Assembly: GCA_963802255.1 (NCBI GenBank)
Contig: CAWDHY010000002.1
Location: forward strand, 183,480-247,479
Direction of reading: 5' to 3'
DNA: 64,000 nucleotides
Source of the DNA: Candidatus Magasanikiibacteriota bacterium
GTDB lineage: Bacteria > Patescibacteriota > Patescibacteriia > Magasanikbacterales > GWA2-37-8
Shown: positions 1 to 9,839 of the stretch, piece by piece
Layout: each line of letters opens with the position of its first letter
Numbering within the stretch: the first letter of the stretch is position 1
The notes under the pieces: model-generated
What the model saw: only the letters and a program-made list of their open reading frames with translations
Told to the model about the DNA's origin: nothing
Database searches by the model: none
Program-made: the position numbers and the translations under genes

Positions 1-195
1 TTTCAATTTATCGGCCTGCGGATGCTTCTCCGCTTTCAGCACTTTTCCAACAACAACATTTTCCAGCAGTTCATCCTGCCGTATCATCCCTTCAACTTCA
101 ACCGTGGCCATTTTCAATTTTTCAGCAACTTCTTCAGCTGAAACTGAATCCGGCAAATTTACATACTGTTTCAACCAATTATATGAGAGTTTCAT
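1..195 (-). CDS. pheT: phenylalanine--tRNA ligase beta subunit, N-terminal fragment (continues beyond window start)
   Basis: Minus-strand ATG at 193-195 translates to MKLSYNWLKQYVNLPDSVSAEEVAEKLKMATVEVEG..., a classic PheT N-terminus; lies 1 nt downstream of the pheS stop. Confidence 0.7.
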   Translation of the reverse strand, partial: MKLSYNWLKQYVNLPDSVSAEEVAEKLKMATVEVEGMIRQDELLENVVVGKVLKAEKHPQADKLK

Positions 196-196
196 A

Positions 197-1258
197 CTAG
201 AACTGTTTAATAAATCTCAAATCCCCGCTTTCTAAAACACGGGTATCTTCAATGCCGTATTTAAGCATTACCAAACGGCTTAAGCCAAAACCAAAAGCAA
301 AACCTTGAAATTTTTCAGGATCAATTTCACCCTCTTTTAGCACATGCGGATGAATCATGCCGGCGCCGAATATTTCCATCCAGCCTGTATTTTTACACAC
401 CCGGCATCCTTTTCCATTGCACAAAAAACAAGTCACTTCGCCATTTACGCCCGGCTCGACAAACGGATAAAATTTTGGCCGCAGTCTCACTTTTGTTTCC
501 GGTCCATACAACTGTTTCGCTACTGCCTCAAGCACGCCCTTCATGTGAGCCATAGTAATATCTTTATTAATCACCAAACCTTCCAATTGGTAAAAAGTAT
601 GTTCATGCCGCGCGTCAGTCGCTTCATTCCGGTAACATTTACCCGGCATTATTACCCTTAACGGCACTCCATATTTTTGCATTGAACGTACTTGGAGCGA
701 TGATGTATGCGTTCGCATCACCCAATCAGGGTGGTCTTTAATATAAAAAGTGTCCTGTAAATCGCGGGCAGGATGCTCAGCCGGAATATTTATTGAAGAA
801 AAATTAAAATAGTCGCTCTCAAGTTCCGGACCGTCGGCAATAATAAATCCCATTGAAGAAAAAAATTCTTCCAGTTCTTTTTGCACAATCGAAGACGGAT
901 GCAAATGCCCCCGTTCACTTCTGGGAAGAACCGGCGCGGTCAGGTCAATTTTTTCAACGGCTAAGCTATTCGCCCAATCTTCTTCGCTCAGCTCATAATT
1001 TTTCTCAACAACGGCTTTTTCCACTTCTTGTTTTACTTCATTGGCCAGATGACCAATAATCTTTTTTTCTTCAGCCGATAAATCTTTGATGCTTTTCATC
1101 ATCTCGGTCAGCACACCGGATTTTCTGCCAAGATACTCATTTTCAATATCACGCAAAGAAGACCTGTCTTTTGCGGAACGGATTGCTTCAAGCGCTGTTT
1201 GCTTAATTTTTAAAATTTTGTCGTTCATATTTACCCGGCTAATAAAGAAGTGAATCAA
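197..1258 (-). CDS. pheS: phenylalanine--tRNA ligase alpha subunit (probable true start at MNDKIL, coordinate 1228)
   Basis: Class II aaRS motifs (FRNEATDARHEHTFYQLEG, GFAFGFGLSRL) and the C-terminal zinc-ribbon-like CxxC..CxxC; the ORF-track start overlaps the rseP stop. Confidence 0.9.
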   Translation of the reverse strand: MIHFFISRVNMNDKILKIKQTALEAIRSAKDRSSLRDIENEYLGRKSGVLTEMMKSIKDLSAEEKKIIGHLANEVKQEVEKAVVEKNYELSEEDWANSLAVEKIDLTAPVLPRSERGHLHPSSIVQKELEEFFSSMGFIIADGPELESDYFNFSSINIPAEHPARDLQDTFYIKDHPDWVMRTHTSSLQVRSMQKYGVPLRVIMPGKCYRNEATDARHEHTFYQLEGLVINKDITMAHMKGVLEAVAKQLYGPETKVRLRPKFYPFVEPGVNGEVTCFLCNGKGCRVCKNTGWMEIFGAGMIHPHVLKEGEIDPEKFQGFAFGFGLSRLVMLKYGIEDTRVLESGDLRFIKQF

Positions 1259-2550
1259 AAAATTCTTTTAAAGAATCCGATAAACACATCCCGAAAATTT
1301 CCAATATCCCTTATCGTTACCACCAATACCAAAAGCATAAGCAACATGAATCCGACAGCGTGCGCCGTCTGTTCATATTTTGCAAAATTTATTTTTTTGA
1401 ATTTGTTTAAAGCTAAAAACAACAACCGGCCTCCGTCCAGTGCGGGTATGGGTAAAATGTTTAACACCGCAAGGTTTAAGGATAAAATAGCCATAAACTG
1501 CAATAAATATATGGAACCCATTTTTGCCACCTGGCCGGTCATAACAGCGATTCCAATCGGCCCTGAAACACTGTCCGCCGCTCCACGGCCGGCGAATAAA
1601 CCGACTATCAAAAAGTAAAAAGCAATAAATATTTCCTTAAGATAAATGAAAGTATCAATAAAGCCACGCCAAATTGCCCTGTACCATGGGTACTTAACCA
1701 CTCCAAGCTCGGCAATACCTACGCCGATTCCGCCTTTGCCCGTCTCTTCATATATTATCGGCTGAATATTTTTAGTGATAATTTCCTCACCGCGCCTTAC
1801 GGTAATATTTATCTCTTCATTTTTATGGCTGTTAACATATTCCTGCATTTCGGACAAGCGCGGATTTTCCAAATCGCCGATTTTTACAATTACGTCCTCA
1901 CTTTTCAGTCCGGCCAATTCCGCCGGTTTATCCGGCAACACCTGCATGATCGTTAATGTGCGGTTTTTTACTTGGCTCACATCGCTCATATTATCCACCG
2001 TTGTCGGCAAACCAACCATATAACCGATAGAAAATAATACAGCCGCAAGAAGTACATTCATGGCAACGCCGGCGACGATCACAACAGCTTTCTTCCAAGT
2101 CTTTTGCGCCATAAAACTGTTTGATTCAAAACTCTCGCCATTCTCTCCTTTAATTTTAACAAACCCGCCGAGTGGCAGCCAATTTAGCGAATATACCGTG
2201 CCGAATTTTTCATCTTCCTCGTTCAGCTCCCTGTTGCCCCAGATGAAACGCCATTTTCTTTCCGCCTTTAAAACATCAATCTCTTTTTTTTCATCAACAA
2301 TTGTTTCCCTCATGATTTCATCCCCGGCTTCATTTTGGTCATGCTCGATTTGTACAGATACATTTTCTTGTTCAGAAATTTTTTCCAGCTTTATATTTTT
2401 TCTTATCTGAATACCAAAAATTCGCGGTGGAAAACCAAAGCCGAATTCCGGCGCGGCTATCCCGCTTTTTCTTGCGGCAATAAAATGACCAAGTTCATGA
2501 GTAATTACTAAAATAGCAAGAACGGCGATGAAAATAACAAGGGTCAACAT
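1255..2550 (-). CDS. rseP: RIP metalloprotease RseP (site-2 protease, M50) with PDZ domain
   Basis: N-terminal TM plus HELGHF zinc motif, central PDZ-like region, C-terminal TM helices including the LNILPIPALDGG motif. Confidence 0.85.
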   Translation of the reverse strand: MLTLVIFIAVLAILVITHELGHFIAARKSGIAAPEFGFGFPPRIFGIQIRKNIKLEKISEQENVSVQIEHDQNEAGDEIMRETIVDEKKEIDVLKAERKWRFIWGNRELNEEDEKFGTVYSLNWLPLGGFVKIKGENGESFESNSFMAQKTWKKAVVIVAGVAMNVLLAAVLFSIGYMVGLPTTVDNMSDVSQVKNRTLTIMQVLPDKPAELAGLKSEDVIVKIGDLENPRLSEMQEYVNSHKNEEINITVRRGEEIITKNIQPIIYEETGKGGIGVGIAELGVVKYPWYRAIWRGFIDTFIYLKEIFIAFYFLIVGLFAGRGAADSVSGPIGIAVMTGQVAKMGSIYLLQFMAILSLNLAVLNILPIPALDGGRLLFLALNKFKKINFAKYEQTAHAVGFMLLMLLVLVVTIRDIGNFRDVFIGFFKRIF

Positions 2551-2680
2551 AGTATATCTTTACTTTTTACACAAATAGGATAAAATATATAAGGTTTATC
2601 TGCTTCACTCAGTGAAACCAGTCCGCTTTTAGCGGTATCTAACAGAATTAATATTTATTAACCTTTAATTTACGCGATAT

Positions 2681-3247
2681 ATGGGTATATCTTACATTAT
2701 TCTCATTGTATTGGCAATAGTAGCCGTTTGGCTGATTGCCACATATAATGGCTTGGTTAAGGGCAAAAATCAAGTTGACGAAGCATACAGCGACATAGAC
2801 GTCCAGCTTAAACGCCGGTATGATCTAATTCCAAATTTGATGGAAACTGTGAAGGGTTACATGACCCACGAACAAGGCACGATGGTAAAAGTAACCGAAG
2901 CCCGGGTCGCGGCCATGGCAGTGCATGAAAACAAAAACGCAACTTTGGAACAACGCGGGCAGGCGGAGAATATGCTTTCCAACACATTGAAATCACTTTT
3001 TGCAGTAACAGAAAACTACCCGGATTTAAAGGCCAGTCAAAACTTTATGCAATTACAGGACGAACTTTCTGATACTGAAAACAAAATTCAAGCAGCCCGC
3101 CGGTTCTACAACGGCAATGTCCGGGACTTTAACACCAAAATTCAGGTGTTTCCAACCAACATGATCGCCGGTTGGCTCAAATTCACAAAATATGATTTTT
3201 TCCAAGCGGCCGAAGGTGAAAAACAAAATGTCCAAGTAAAATTCTAA
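2681..3247 (+). CDS. lemA: LemA family protein
   Basis: N-terminal TM followed by the LemA signature (NGLV...QVDEAYSDIDVQLKRRYDLIPNL...TENYPDLKA); typical pairing with the downstream M48 protease. Confidence 0.85.
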   Translation: MGISYIILIVLAIVAVWLIATYNGLVKGKNQVDEAYSDIDVQLKRRYDLIPNLMETVKGYMTHEQGTMVKVTEARVAAMAVHENKNATLEQRGQAENMLSNTLKSLFAVTENYPDLKASQNFMQLQDELSDTENKIQAARRFYNGNVRDFNTKIQVFPTNMIAGWLKFTKYDFFQAAEGEKQNVQVKF

Positions 3248-3291
3248 ATGAAAAAAACGGCCCCGATTACGGGGTCGTTTGATAATTATAT

Positions 3292-4197
3292 ATGTATTCT
3301 GAAATAGCATCCAACAAACGCAAATCCATTCTGCTGGCCATGCTTTTTATCGCGATGATTATTTTACTCGGCTGGATTTTCGACCAAGTCTATGGCGAAG
3401 GCAGAACATATACCGGCATTACAATCGCCATATTATTTTCACTCGGCATGACAGCCATCTCATATTTTTCAGGTGATAAAATTGCTTTGTCGGCTACCGG
3501 CGCCAAACCGATCTCTCATGACGAAAATAAATACGTATTTCACCTTGTGGAAAATCTTTGCATTTCCGCGGGTGTTCCTATGCCAAAAATATATTTAATT
3601 GAAGACCCGGCCATCAACGCTTTTGCCACAGGCCGAGACCCAAAAAATGCTTCCATTGCCGTCACTCGCGGCGCGGTTGAAAAATTATCTAACGAAGAAC
3701 TTGAGGGCGTGCTTGCTCATGAGCTGTCACATGTAAAAAATTACGATATCCGTTTTATGATGCTGGTCGCGGTGATGGTTGGTTCAATAACTATTCTGGC
3801 TAATTTTATGTTGCGTTCCGGAGGGCTAGTCCGTGGCGGAAAGAACAGCAACCGCGAAGGAGGCTCGCAACTTTTTGCAATTCTGATGATTGTCGGTATT
3901 GTCCTTGCCATTCTTTCGCCATTTATCGCCGAACTTATCAAATTGGCAATTTCCCGCAAACGCGAATATTTGGCCGACGCTTCCGCCGCTTTACTCACCC
4001 GCTACCCGGATGGCTTGGCAAATGCATTGGAAAAAATTGCGACGGAAAATATCCCAATGCGCAAAGCATCCACGGCTACTGCACATTTGTTTATTTCCAG
4101 TCCTTTCAATGGTGGCCGTAAAAAATTTGCTTCGTTTTTTTCCACTCACCCGCCGGTTGAAGATAGAATAAAAAAGTTAAGAACAATGGGGGTGTAG
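3292..4197 (+). CDS. htpX: M48 family zinc metalloprotease (HtpX-like)
   Basis: HELSHVKNYD HExxH motif, multiple TM segments, C-terminal FSTHPPVEDRI motif. Confidence 0.8.
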   Translation: MYSEIASNKRKSILLAMLFIAMIILLGWIFDQVYGEGRTYTGITIAILFSLGMTAISYFSGDKIALSATGAKPISHDENKYVFHLVENLCISAGVPMPKIYLIEDPAINAFATGRDPKNASIAVTRGAVEKLSNEELEGVLAHELSHVKNYDIRFMMLVAVMVGSITILANFMLRSGGLVRGGKNSNREGGSQLFAILMIVGIVLAILSPFIAELIKLAISRKREYLADASAALLTRYPDGLANALEKIATENIPMRKASTATAHLFISSPFNGGRKKFASFFSTHPPVEDRIKKLRTMGV

Positions 4198-4228
4198 GTA
4201 TAGAAATCAAAAGAAACTCAAAAAACAA

Positions 4229-4249
4229 GAGCCGCTCCGAGAGCGGCTC
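4229..4249. terminator. GC hairpin gagccgctc/gagcggctc between convergent htpX and the 4281-4508 gene
   Basis: Near-perfect inverted repeat between two converging transcription units; no strong T-tract. Confidence 0.45.
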
Positions 4250-4280
4250 ATAAGCTTAAAGAACAAATCCTTCTTGCATC

Positions 4281-4508
4281 TCATTTTCTCGATGAAATTT
4301 CATCCACCAGCCGGCGCTCTTCGGGGTTCAGCACCACTTCTTCTTGTTCGTGGCTAAAATCGTCTTCGAGCAAAAACTGCACTGCTTCCGGATGCCACGA
4401 ATCCCTAGCGCCTTCAACTCCTCCCCTTCTGCGGCTTCTCCCGCCATCTGACGAGATGCCGTCAAATCTTGGTTGGTAGAGATCCTCGCTTCTCGCCCTC
4501 TTTCTCAT
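4281..4508 (-). CDS. small Arg-rich hypothetical protein (75 aa) encoded in a GC-rich island
   Basis: ORF preceded by a strong SD (aaggagggaaaATG) and a TTGACA-N17-TAAAAT promoter at 4552-4580; local GC well above the genome background. Confidence 0.45.
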   Translation of the reverse strand: MRKRARSEDLYQPRFDGISSDGGRSRRRGGVEGARDSWHPEAVQFLLEDDFSHEQEEVVLNPEERRLVDEISSRK

Positions 4509-4551
4509 TTTCCCTCCTTTTTCCCCAATTCATTTTGGGAGTGAAAAAATA

Positions 4552-4580
4552 ATTTTATCATAAATACATAAATATGTCAA
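4552..4580 (-). promoter_or_regulatory. sigma70-type promoter (TTGACA N17 TAAAAT) for the GC-rich small gene
   Basis: Consensus -35 with 17-nt spacer and an AT-rich -10 on the minus strand. Confidence 0.5.
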
Positions 4581-4648
4581 TAAAAAACAGGCTTTTCCAG
4601 CCCGTTTTTTAATTTCTTATAAATCTATATTAGTACTTATAGTATCTC

Positions 4649-4981
4649 TCATCTCTTTCTACCACGCGTCACCGGTCCAAAAATCACGTCAAATACCCGT
4701 GCCTTTCGAACTTTTCCATTTTTTGATTTAAGCCATACACTGCCTTCTAAACGGTCTATCTTTGTAACAATGTATTCAAACATTCTCAAATCATCACCGA
4801 GCTTGGCTTTATAAACCATTTTTTCTTTTAGACCGGTATTTTTAAGCCGGTCGGAAATTTTTTGCTTTTTCTCATTTGCTAAGTCCTTTAAGCCCTCGCT
4901 GACTTTGCCAAAAGCATCTGCCCGACGTTTTTGCCACGAGCTGTCTTTATTCCCCGCGCGTAGATGTTTTTTTATTGACAT
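4649..4981 (-). CDS. hypothetical basic protein (110 aa)
   Basis: Intact ORF with native AT-rich composition, immediately downstream of the phosphohexomutase gene. Confidence 0.5.
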   Translation of the reverse strand: MSIKKHLRAGNKDSSWQKRRADAFGKVSEGLKDLANEKKQKISDRLKNTGLKEKMVYKAKLGDDLRMFEYIVTKIDRLEGSVWLKSKNGKVRKARVFDVIFGPVTRGRKR

Positions 4982-4985
4982 ATAA

Positions 4986-6350
4986 TTATAAATTAATTAC
5001 ACCGCTTATTTCTTTTGTTTTTTTCTCCATCAAATCTTTTGACCGCGCTTCCAAATTCAGACGCAACAATGATTCCGTGTTGCTTGCCCTGACATTAAAC
5101 CAAAAATCAGAATAAGTAAAAGTCAAGCCGTCCAACTCGTTCAATTTTGCGTCTGCATATTTCTTGCGTAACCTAACGAGCGCCGCTTCTTTATCTGAAA
5201 TCTTAAAATTAATTTCTCCGGAATGAAAATACCTTTTTAACGGCCGCGCGTAATCGGCTAAAGACAGTCCCGTTTCATCCAGCTCTAAAAGCAATTTTAA
5301 AATAACCAGCATCGGGGCTTCATAAACGCCGTGCGGAAACTTCACGAAAAAATGACCGGAAGATTCTCCGCCAAATACTGCCCCGACTTCCAGCATCTGT
5401 TTTTTTATCAGAGAATGCCCCACTCTTGTCACAGACGGCACACCGCCATTTTCCAGAATCATATCTTCAGTGATTTTACCCGGACGAATATCGTAGCAAA
5501 TTGTCGCCCCCGGATAATCACGCAGGAAAATTTTAGCCATAATACCCCGCAAAATAGCCGGTTCTAACAGTTCACCCTCATTATCAATAAAAAATATACG
5601 GTCGCCGTCACCGTCAGTGGCAATGCCTAAATCGGCATTTTCCTGAATTACGCGCTTTTTTAAATCAAAAATATTTTCTTCCTGAAAAGGATCCGCCTGA
5701 TGCGCCGGAAATGTGCCGTCAAGTTCAAAATTCATTTTTACAAGTTCAATTTGCGGCAAATCGGCGAATAATTTTTCCAAATATTGCGCCCCCATGGCAT
5801 TCGCCGGGTCAACGACAATTTTATATTTTAAAATTTTATTTAAATCAACGCCCCGTTCTTCATATTTTACCTGCTCATCCAAAATCCCCTCTTGTTTTTT
5901 CACGCTTCCCTTTACCGGCGCATCCGTAAAGTTGTTGTCTTCAACTAGTTGTTTAAGCTCTTCCATACCACTACCTGCTCCCAGCGACTTGGAATTTTCT
6001 CTCGTAATTTTTATGCCATTATACTCTTTGGGATTATGCGATGCCGAAACCATCAACCCTCCGTCAACACCGAGATGACAAACGGCGAAGTAAAAAGTTG
6101 GAGCTGAAACCAAACCTATATCAATTACGTCGGCCCCCTGATCGGTGAGGCCGCGTATCACGGCATCTTGAAGCGACGGCGAAGACACACGCATGTCCCG
6201 GCCGGCAACTATTATTAATTTTTCTTTTTTTTCTTCACTTTTTCTTAACACGACAAATGCCCGCGCAATTTTGTACGCTAAATCTTCGGTCAGTTCCGCG
6301 CCGTAAATTCCGCGCACGTCATAGGCCTTAAAAATATTCGGAATGCTCAT
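4986..6350 (-). CDS. phosphomannomutase/phosphoglucomutase (alpha-D-phosphohexomutase family)
   Basis: FKAYDVRGIYG N-terminus, active site SASHNPKEYNGIK, metal-binding loop GIATDGDGDR, sugar-binding GGESSGH. Confidence 0.85.
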   Translation of the reverse strand: MSIPNIFKAYDVRGIYGAELTEDLAYKIARAFVVLRKSEEKKEKLIIVAGRDMRVSSPSLQDAVIRGLTDQGADVIDIGLVSAPTFYFAVCHLGVDGGLMVSASHNPKEYNGIKITRENSKSLGAGSGMEELKQLVEDNNFTDAPVKGSVKKQEGILDEQVKYEERGVDLNKILKYKIVVDPANAMGAQYLEKLFADLPQIELVKMNFELDGTFPAHQADPFQEENIFDLKKRVIQENADLGIATDGDGDRIFFIDNEGELLEPAILRGIMAKIFLRDYPGATICYDIRPGKITEDMILENGGVPSVTRVGHSLIKKQMLEVGAVFGGESSGHFFVKFPHGVYEAPMLVILKLLLELDETGLSLADYARPLKRYFHSGEINFKISDKEAALVRLRKKYADAKLNELDGLTFTYSDFWFNVRASNTESLLRLNLEARSKDLMEKKTKEISGVINL

Positions 6351-6370
6351 AATTTAGAGAAAAATTAGCT

Positions 6371-6399
6371 TTGACTTCAAGTGCTATTCATTATATAAT
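6371..6399 (+). promoter_or_regulatory. sigma70 promoter TTGACT N17 TATAAT upstream of clpC
   Basis: Perfect spacing; the ORF-track TTG start at 6371 is actually the -35 hexamer. Confidence 0.6.
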
Positions 6400-6436
6400 A
6401 GCGAAAAATAAATATCAAATTCACCACCAATTTATT

Positions 6437-8965
6437 ATGAATATACTTGACCGTTTTTCCACTCATCTGAAAGAAATACTGGCCAAAGCGATGCAAATAG
6501 CGGCTGAATTAAAAAATCATGAAATCGAACCTCTCCATTTATTGTTTGCTTTGATAAACGAAAAGGGTTCGGTTGCAGCGGAAATTATCAACCGGGCGAA
6601 GCCGGATATTAAAGTTCTGGAACAGATGATATTCGCCGTACCGGCAGATCCTAATGCAAAAAAAGATTTCCAAGACATTTCAACCGCATCAGTTCAAATT
6701 CCTCCCCTTTCGGCGCTCTCAAAAATCGCTTTGGAAAAGGCCCTGATCGTCGCACAAAAAAATGGTCATAATTATCTTGGTTCCGAACACTTGCTGGCCG
6801 CCTTGTTAGATTTGGACGATGATAAATTGAAAGAATTTTTTAAAGTGAGCAATCTGAAAATTGAACCTATCTCAAAGGAAATTGATTCAACATTAGCAAA
6901 CGCTTCTCAATTTCCCGGTCTGAGCGAAGTAGCGGAAGCCGCTGAACATATCCAGGAAAATTTACTGGGACCATCCATGCCTCAGCCGTCCCGAAAACCA
7001 AGAAAAAATAAAAGAAAAAATGAAAAAAATTCCGACTCGGCGCTTGATTATTTTGCCGTCAATCTGACCGACCCTGCTAACCAAAAAAATATTGACCCAT
7101 TAATCGGCAGAGGGCGTGAAGTGGAAAGACTGATACAAATTTTATCCCGACGGACAAAAAATAATCCGATACTTCTTGGAGACCCGGGGGTGGGAAAAAC
7201 CGCAATCGTAGAGGGTTTGGCAAAAAAAATTATCGAAGGCGATGTTCCGGATAAATTACGCCGGAAAAAAATTTATTCCGTAGACCTGGGCCTGCTCGTA
7301 GCCGGCACCATATACCGCGGTGAATTTGAATCCCGCCTGAAAGACCTGATTGACGAAGCGATCTCCGACTCGGAAATTATTTTATTTATAGACGAAATTC
7401 ACAATATTGTTGGCGCCGGGTCGTCACAAGGATCAATGGACGCGGCCAATCTTCTTAAACCGGCGCTTGCGCGTGGTCAAATCCACTGCATCGGATCCAC
7501 CACACCGGCGGAATACAAGAAATTTTTTGAAAGTGATGCGGCTCTGGAACGCCGCTTTATGCCGATAATAGTACGCGAGCCGAATATTTCTGAAGCGGAA
7601 AAAATCCTACAAGGCATAAAAAAGAATTTTGAATTATTCCATCAGATTAAAATTGAAGACGCCGCCGCCAACGCCGCCGTCACATTATCAGCGCGCTATA
7701 TATCAGGAAAATTTTTACCTGATAAGGCAATTGATTTAATTGACGAAACCGCGGCCGCAAAAAGACTTTCCATAAAAAATTCTCCGGATGAAGAGCTATT
7801 ATTTACTTTGCATGACGAACTGAGAAAGGTTCAGACCGACAAGGAAACCGCCGCATTTGGCGACAAATTTGATGAAGCATTAAGACTTAAAGAACAGGAA
7901 ATTCATTTAGCCGCAAAAATTGAAAAAATTGAAAAATTAGCCGGTAAAAAAAACCAGACGGCGCTCGGTGTTGTTACGGCTCAGGATGTTTTGGCTCAAA
8001 TCGTTAAAATGACAGGCATAGAACCTTCGGAGTTATCCGCCAATAATGCCGATAAATTCGTCAAACTTTCCAAAAAAATCAAACAAAAAATTGTCGGCCA
8101 AGACGAAACTGTCGACCAAGTAGTCGGCTTAATCCGGCGCGCGGAACTGGGTCTTTCTAACCCGGAAAAGCCGGTCGCTTCATTTCTCTTTGTCGGCTCT
8201 TCAGGCGTAGGAAAAACTGAATTGGCGAAAACACTTTCTCAGGCACTCTATCCCGGACAAGATGCCTTAATCCGGCTAGATATGTCCGAATTCAGCGAAT
8301 CTCACGGCTCATCTAAACTACTCGGCTCTCCGGCCGGATATATCGGCTATAAAGAAGCCAACCAATTCACCGACCGACTTAAACTTCAACCCTATTCCGT
8401 AGTGCTTTTTGATGAAATTGACAAAGCCCATCCGGATATACAAAAACTGCTTTTACAGGTACTAGAGGATGGTAGTATTACCGACTCCACAGGCAAGAAA
8501 ATATCTCTAAAACATGCTATAATAGTATTAACTACGTCTTATGGTGCCGATGAGCTAAAAAAAGGCGTATTTGGGTTTTCATTGGACAGTCAGATGGCAA
8601 AAGAAAACCGTGCAAAAATTCACGATAAAATCAAAGAACGGTTCTCTCCCGAACTGATTAATCGTCTTGACTGCGTCTGTATTTTCAGCGAACTATCCTT
8701 AAATGATTTGGCAAGAATTGCCTTCTTAGAAATCGATTCACTAAATCATCAGCTAAAAAAATATCAGACAAAGATTTCCGCGGATAAATCAATTCTGCAG
8801 GAACTGGTAAAAGGACTGGAAGAAAAAAATATTAATGCCCGCGACATCCGGCAGAAAATTCGCGCAGAAATAGAAAAAATTATGGCGGAAATAATTTTAA
8901 ATAGTAAACCGAAAAAATCTTACGCGCTAATTGCCGAATCCGGAAACAAGATTAATTTGAAATAA
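6437..8965 (+). CDS. clpC: ATP-dependent Clp protease ATP-binding subunit (ClpC/ClpB-like AAA+ chaperone)
   Basis: Clp_N repeats (MNILDRFSTHLKEIL...), two AAA+ modules with Walker A GDPGVGKT and GSSGVGKT, sensor/arginine-finger region. Confidence 0.85.
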   Translation: MNILDRFSTHLKEILAKAMQIAAELKNHEIEPLHLLFALINEKGSVAAEIINRAKPDIKVLEQMIFAVPADPNAKKDFQDISTASVQIPPLSALSKIALEKALIVAQKNGHNYLGSEHLLAALLDLDDDKLKEFFKVSNLKIEPISKEIDSTLANASQFPGLSEVAEAAEHIQENLLGPSMPQPSRKPRKNKRKNEKNSDSALDYFAVNLTDPANQKNIDPLIGRGREVERLIQILSRRTKNNPILLGDPGVGKTAIVEGLAKKIIEGDVPDKLRRKKIYSVDLGLLVAGTIYRGEFESRLKDLIDEAISDSEIILFIDEIHNIVGAGSSQGSMDAANLLKPALARGQIHCIGSTTPAEYKKFFESDAALERRFMPIIVREPNISEAEKILQGIKKNFELFHQIKIEDAAANAAVTLSARYISGKFLPDKAIDLIDETAAAKRLSIKNSPDEELLFTLHDELRKVQTDKETAAFGDKFDEALRLKEQEIHLAAKIEKIEKLAGKKNQTALGVVTAQDVLAQIVKMTGIEPSELSANNADKFVKLSKKIKQKIVGQDETVDQVVGLIRRAELGLSNPEKPVASFLFVGSSGVGKTELAKTLSQALYPGQDALIRLDMSEFSESHGSSKLLGSPAGYIGYKEANQFTDRLKLQPYSVVLFDEIDKAHPDIQKLLLQVLEDGSITDSTGKKISLKHAIIVLTTSYGADELKKGVFGFSLDSQMAKENRAKIHDKIKERFSPELINRLDCVCIFSELSLNDLARIAFLEIDSLNHQLKKYQTKISADKSILQELVKGLEEKNINARDIRQKIRAEIEKIMAEIILNSKPKKSYALIAESGNKINLK

Positions 8966-8969
8966 ATCT

Positions 8970-9806
8970 ATGGCCAATCCAGCGCCACAAGATAACGAGG
9001 AATTAGACACCGGACTGTCTTTTGATAACGAGCCCAGCGATCTTGAAAAACGTGCCACTGAACTGCAAAGACAAAGGTCATTGTCCAGAAAAACACAAAA
9101 CGATTATCTGCAAAAACAAGATGAAGGACCAAAAACTGAATTCGCCGGCATGGAGCACCCGGAAATCGGCGAGCTGTCGGAAAAACCGGCGGAAGGAGAA
9201 TCTGAAGAGGAAGAAGAAGATAGTGAAGGATATGAGGAAGGAGAAAGTGGTGAAGAAGAACAAGAAATGCCAGACGAAGAACAGGCGGAAGGTCCCGCAA
9301 ACGCGAACCAGCCAAAAATTAACCAGCTACGAACGGCAAATTTAAAAATTACCAGACAAATTCAGGATATTCAAAAAGGAATTGAGAAAGGCCTTACTCC
9401 AATAAAAAGGCAGTTATCCGCATCAAAAATTGCTGACCGGTCTAAAAACGCGATGAGGGCAATAAGATACTGCGGCGCTGGTTTCGCTCTTTGGTATACC
9501 ATAATTTTACCGCTTCTTGCTCTGTTCGGTATTCTGGCAATTGCGCTGTTGTGGTTAGCCGGTTTCAATCTTGGCCCACCCTCTCCAAAAACAAGAACTT
9601 TGGAGCAACAATTAAAAAATACCAGAAAAATGCTGAAAAAGCAGATGGACCAGAGAATCCGCCCTCTTCGTCAACAACTCACGCAAATTAATAGACAGCT
9701 TAATTCATTACAAATGAGAGGCGCGCCTTCCGGAGGACGGTCTCCGGCTTGGGGAATGAGCGAAATGAGAAGAAATTATTCACCGCCAAAACAAAAAAAT
9801 ATTTAA
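8970..9806 (+). CDS. hypothetical membrane protein with highly acidic (poly-Glu) N-terminal region
   Basis: ORF starts 4 nt after clpC; E/D-rich low-complexity stretch encoded by GAA-rich DNA, then one TM helix (WYTIILPLLALFGILAIALLWLAGF). Confidence 0.5.
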   Translation: MANPAPQDNEELDTGLSFDNEPSDLEKRATELQRQRSLSRKTQNDYLQKQDEGPKTEFAGMEHPEIGELSEKPAEGESEEEEEDSEGYEEGESGEEEQEMPDEEQAEGPANANQPKINQLRTANLKITRQIQDIQKGIEKGLTPIKRQLSASKIADRSKNAMRAIRYCGAGFALWYTIILPLLALFGILAIALLWLAGFNLGPPSPKTRTLEQQLKNTRKMLKKQMDQRIRPLRQQLTQINRQLNSLQMRGAPSGGRSPAWGMSEMRRNYSPPKQKNI

Positions 9807-9839
9807 TCTTTCCAATAAAACAAATATTTAATACATAAT

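Noticed and set aside
6371-6436. ORF-track TTG start extending clpC by 22 codons
   Set aside because: The TTG is the -35 hexamer (TTGACT) of a perfect promoter; the true start is ATG at 6437 (MNILDRF)
9180-9290. Possible tandem repeat or CRISPR-like periodicity in GAA-rich DNA
   Set aside because: Irregular codon-level low complexity encoding acidic residues, no repeat-spacer structure; no CRISPR array anywhere in the window
8968-9345. Overlapping ORFs in both strands across the poly-Glu region
   Set aside because: GAA/GAG-rich low-complexity DNA gives spurious frames; the 8970 plus-strand frame continuing into a TM protein is the coherent one
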